From: Sminthopsis crassicaudata | Lineage: Eukaryota | DNA length: 64,000 bases | Assembly (NCBI RefSeq): GCF_048593235.1 | Contig: NC_133619.1 | Coordinates: 396,008,454 to 396,072,453, forward strand | Direction of reading: 5' to 3' | Part shown: piece after piece, positions 60,230-64,000 of the stretch | Position numbering within the stretch: position 1 is the stretch's first letter | How the letters are laid out: each line of letters opens with the position of its first letter | Notes under the pieces: model-generated | Seen by the model: the letters and a program-made list of their open reading frames with translations, nothing else | Databases searched by the model: none | What the model was told of the DNA's origin: nothing | Position numbers and translations under genes: made by a program

Positions 60230-61200
60230 TCTAATACTCTCCAAAACTGGCTTCCTGGCAACTTCTCCCCAATCTAGCCCATTCTACTCAACTGCCAAAG
60301 TGATTTTCTTCTCCTTTTTTTATTATAGCTTTTTATATACCAGATATATGCATGGGTAATTTTTCAGTACTGACATTTGGCAAGCCTTTTGTTCCAACTT
60401 TTCCCCTCCTTTTCCCCACCCCCTCCCCCCAGATGGCAGGTTGACCAATACATGTTAAATATGTTAAAGTATAAGTTAAATATAATATATGTATACATGT
60501 TCAAACAGTTGTTTTGCTGTACAAAAAGAATCGGACTTTGAAATAGTGTACATTTAGCCTGTGAAGGAAATCTAATATGCAGACAGACAAAAAATAGAGG
60601 ATTTGGGAATTCTATGTAGTGGTTCATAGTCATCTCCCAGAGTTCTTTCCCTGGATATAGCTGGTTCATTGATGAACTAAATCAACTCCAATAGAGCAGT
60701 AAAATGATTTTCTCAAAGTCTCTCTCTGATCCTCTCACCCCCCTCCTCAGTACATTCCAGTGCCTTCCCCTTCCCTCCGTGTTCTCCTTTTGAAGGCCCT
60801 CACAACCTGGCACCAGGAAGGTGCCTTTTCATCTCTTTTATCTATTCCTTCCATGCACAAATGCTCCAATTGAGCCTCACTGACTTGTCCTTTACACAGG
60901 ACACCTTGTCCCAGATTTTGTCCTCGCTGTTCCCCACACTTGAAAAGTTCTGCTTCTCACTCACCATCGTGTCCCTGGCTTCCTTCAAGACAACTCAAAT
61001 TCTGTGTTCGACGCAAGCCCACTCCTGGCTCTGACCCACGCCTTCTACTCTGAAATTACCTTCTACCTACCCTGTGTATGCCTTGTATATATGTCATCAT
61101 TTAGATGCTGTCTCCCCCATTATGAGAATTCTTTGAGGTCAGCAAGTATTTTTGCCTTTGTATCCTTAGCACTTAGCACACTGTCTGAACATTCAATTTC
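60230..61200. mobile_element. LINE-2 remnant interrupted by an antisense L1 3' UTR (~60310-60670)
   Basis: L2 text (actcaactgccaaagtgattttct..) resumes after the L1 piece (..gtaaaatgattttctcaaag). The L1 piece is the reverse complement of 5170-5520. Confidence 0.75.
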
Positions 61201-61423
61201 TTTATTAAATCAGAGATGATCTGAGTTCTTGGGCCTTTTTTCTGTTGTATGAGTGCTTAAGTTGGGGCAAGTTCCTGCAAGACAGGGATTGTTTCATTTT
61301 TGTTTCCTCAGAACCTAGCACATAATTGATGCTTCTAAGTCAGGATGAATTAGAATAAGGTCCATGTAAACTTGAAGGAAAGCAGTTTTGATTTTGTTTT
61401 TAAAAAAATTGGTCTTCATAACC

Positions 61424-61753
61424 TGTAATGTCCTAGCTAGCTTTCTGGAGGTCCTCCAGAAGGGCCTCAGTCTTAGGAGGATAGACACCAAGAGAATGGA
61501 CAAGAATCAAGTCCAAAGTCTTTATTGTCTCTTACGCAGTCTCTGTCAGTCTGACCCAGTCTCCCTTCGAGGCTGATTTTGTCCCTAGTTTAACTATCCT
61601 ATTAGTTACATCATTACAGCATACTGAATGTGTGAACTAGAAAACCATTACATCACCGTACTAAGTGTATATGTGATCTAGAGAACCATCATCTCAATTC
61701 CAGAGTTAACACCTTGTGGTAAGTATAGTTGTCCAGAGTTCCAGCCCTCTACA
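61424..61753 (-). mobile_element. Solo LTR (330 bp) with 6-bp TSD, class II ERV-like
   Basis: TGTA...TACA termini. ATAACC at 61418-61423 and 61754-61759. AATAAA on minus at 61526-61521. Confidence 0.8.
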
Positions 61754-62609
61754 ATAACCCTAGCATAAATGCTTAAAATGCTCATTTACTGAAGGCTATA
61801 ATAATGTTAGTGACTGAGCCCAATTAAAGGTGGTGGTAAATGAGTTTGAAGGAAAAAAAAAAGTACAAGGGATAGTCCCCTTCTTTCAACAAAGCTGGGG
61901 TAACCTGTATCAGAAAGGGTACTAATAGTGTCTTTAAAAAGGTGGGAAGATATTTCAAGTTTCTCTTTTTACTTCTCTCCCATTTTGTCTAGGGACAAAA
62001 GGCCTTTTTCTTTTTTCTTTTATTAATGTCCTTTCCATTACCTCTCTAATCTGTCATCCAGCAAAAAGTAAAAACAGAACACCATGAACAAGGCCCTCAA
62101 AATAAAGATTCATAGTCCCACTTTAGCCAACTTTTCTTTGCATATTGAATTCCATCTCTCGGGCAGAGGAGCTTTCTTCTTGACTTCATTCTTTTGGACT
62201 TATGACAAAACATCTCGTATTACAAGCATCATATTTTGTTTAGCCATTCACAAAGATGAGTATACCCCCTTACCCCTTTTAAATTTTTGGCTACCACAAA
62301 GAGTTCCTGTATTCTGTACATCACACAGGTACTTTTCTTTTTTTCTTTTGTAGTGTAGGCCTAGTGGTGGTTAGTACAGCCAGGACATGCAGTTATTAAC
62401 TTCTGGGGCTAAGCACCAGTAGAGCCATCCTTGGGGGGAGGGGGAAGAGCAGGAATGCCAATGGAGTGATTCCCAAATCTCCCAACTACAAAAGCCTTAA
62501 AGTTGTTAATTCCTGTCTTCCTTTCTAAGGGCTCAGTCCTTTCTCTCACCTGTTTTTAAGGGCCTGAGTGAGATTTAATAGAAAGAAAACTGACACTCAA
62601 GAGACAGGT

Positions 62610-64000
62610 TGTAGAAAAGCAAATATTTTATTGAAACCATTTTCTCAATTAACAATGTCTCAAAGTACAATTTGACTCAAAACTGTCCAACCAGCCTCAA
62701 CTCCTAGTCAAAGAACCCAAATGCACAGGAGGGGAGAGGAGGCAAGACCATTAGAGAGGTCCCTGTTGCTGCCAATGTGGCAAAAAAGAAAAAAAAAGAA
62801 AAGAAAAGAAATGGAGACACAGATACAACATGGCTTCCCTCCAGCTGGAGCAATATTCCTTAGCCCCTGGTGCAGAACCCTGGAGGGAGGCTCCCAGAGG
62901 AAAGGGATTCTACTCTTAGATCTACAGCAGAGTCTAAAAACCCTCACCCCCCAACCAGGAACTGAGTTGAACACCCCCCACCCCTACTTCTAACTTCTGG
63001 CTTCCCTGGCATTCTCGAGGAACCAAAAGACATTTGGCAGGCTCGCCGCAGGGCTGGGGCTCACAGTAGAAAGCACATTTTGGTCTGTCCAGGAGAGGCT
63101 GGGCCTGGGAGACACTGGCAGAAAGGGAGACCAAACAACTAGGGCACATGGGGGACAGAACCAATGGGATGTACCTGCTGGGCACTGCCACCACATGACT
63201 ACGCTGTATCCTATCTACCCACCCCCAGCCCAGACTTCCTCTCTCTCCTTCCACAATGAATGAGCTCAGTTCTGGATTTCTAACTTGCCCCTCTCTGCCT
63301 CAGCCTTAGGGGGATGTCCTAGGTGTGTATATAGGCCAATTTATGCCTCCCCACATCCTAACCCTTCTCCCAATATGAAATGAGGCCATGGGAAAGAGCA
63401 GAGCCCCAGGATAGTGATCCCAAGGAGCAAATGCCAATAGGGTCAGCTCTTTTAGGGAAAGAACATGGGTGGGGATGGAAGAGGAAGGAGGGGAGGGGAA
63501 GAGCCAAACACCCAACTTAGTGACCAAGAGAATGCCAGCTCCTTCAGAATCCCTCCCTTCCTCCCCCAAGTAAGTGCACATGGGACAGCATTTTGTTTAG
63601 TGGCCCTGGAGATTCAGAGAGAAAATGGAGAAGAGGGAGGGTGGGGAGATACTGAGGGGGAGCTCAGACACGGCAGGCCAGCAGGGCCTCTCCCGAAGGC
63701 CTCCCTGTCATTCCTCCCTTCTCTCATAAGCAAGTACTAACTCCCAAGAGTATAGTACAAGTCCCCCCCCTTTCCTGATGTATCCCTGCACCCAGCCCAT
63801 CTCAGCTCCTGTTGGCATGCCAGCCCCTGCCCACTTCCAAGCATAATGAGAGAACTTGGGGTGTTCTGAAACATTCAAGATGTTGTGTTGTCAAGGTCTG
63901 GGAGAGATGGCAACTCCAATTTAGCCCCTAGTGTTCCCCATCAAAAGAAAAAGGGAGCTGGAAGCTGCTTCTTCATTCTCTCTCCTTAGGGACCCCTGGG
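62610..64000 (-). other. HYOU1: 3' UTR of the next minus-strand gene, most likely HYOU1 (no coding sequence in the window)
   Basis: AATAAA on minus at 62632-62627 ending a repeat-free, GC-richer stretch. Gene identity rests only on human synteny (SLC37A4-HYOU1). Confidence 0.5.

Overview
Marsupial genomic DNA, probably dasyurid judging by the WSINE1/MAR1-type SINEs and L1 families. It is syntenic to human 11q23.3. The right half holds four intact genes whose exons can be spliced by eye: CENATAC/CCDC84 (+, 321 aa), RPS25 (-, 124 aa), TRAPPC4 (+, 219 aa) and SLC37A4 (-, 429 aa plus an intact 22-aa cassette exon). A probable HYOU1 3' UTR enters at the far right. The left 27 kb is mostly nested L1/L2/RTE/SINE debris but holds two long intact minus-strand ORFs, 22032-21081 and 12274-10860. 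They join through a strong phase-1 donor/acceptor pair into one ~788-aa reading frame followed by a poly(A) signal. The product has a basic 10.5 x 24-aa Pro/Ser/Lys repeat, an Ala-rich tract and two non-repetitive domains with a faint PNMA/Gag-like pattern. I do not recognise it as a known gene, and it is the best candidate for something undescribed. All family assignments are from memory and pattern recognition; no searches were run.
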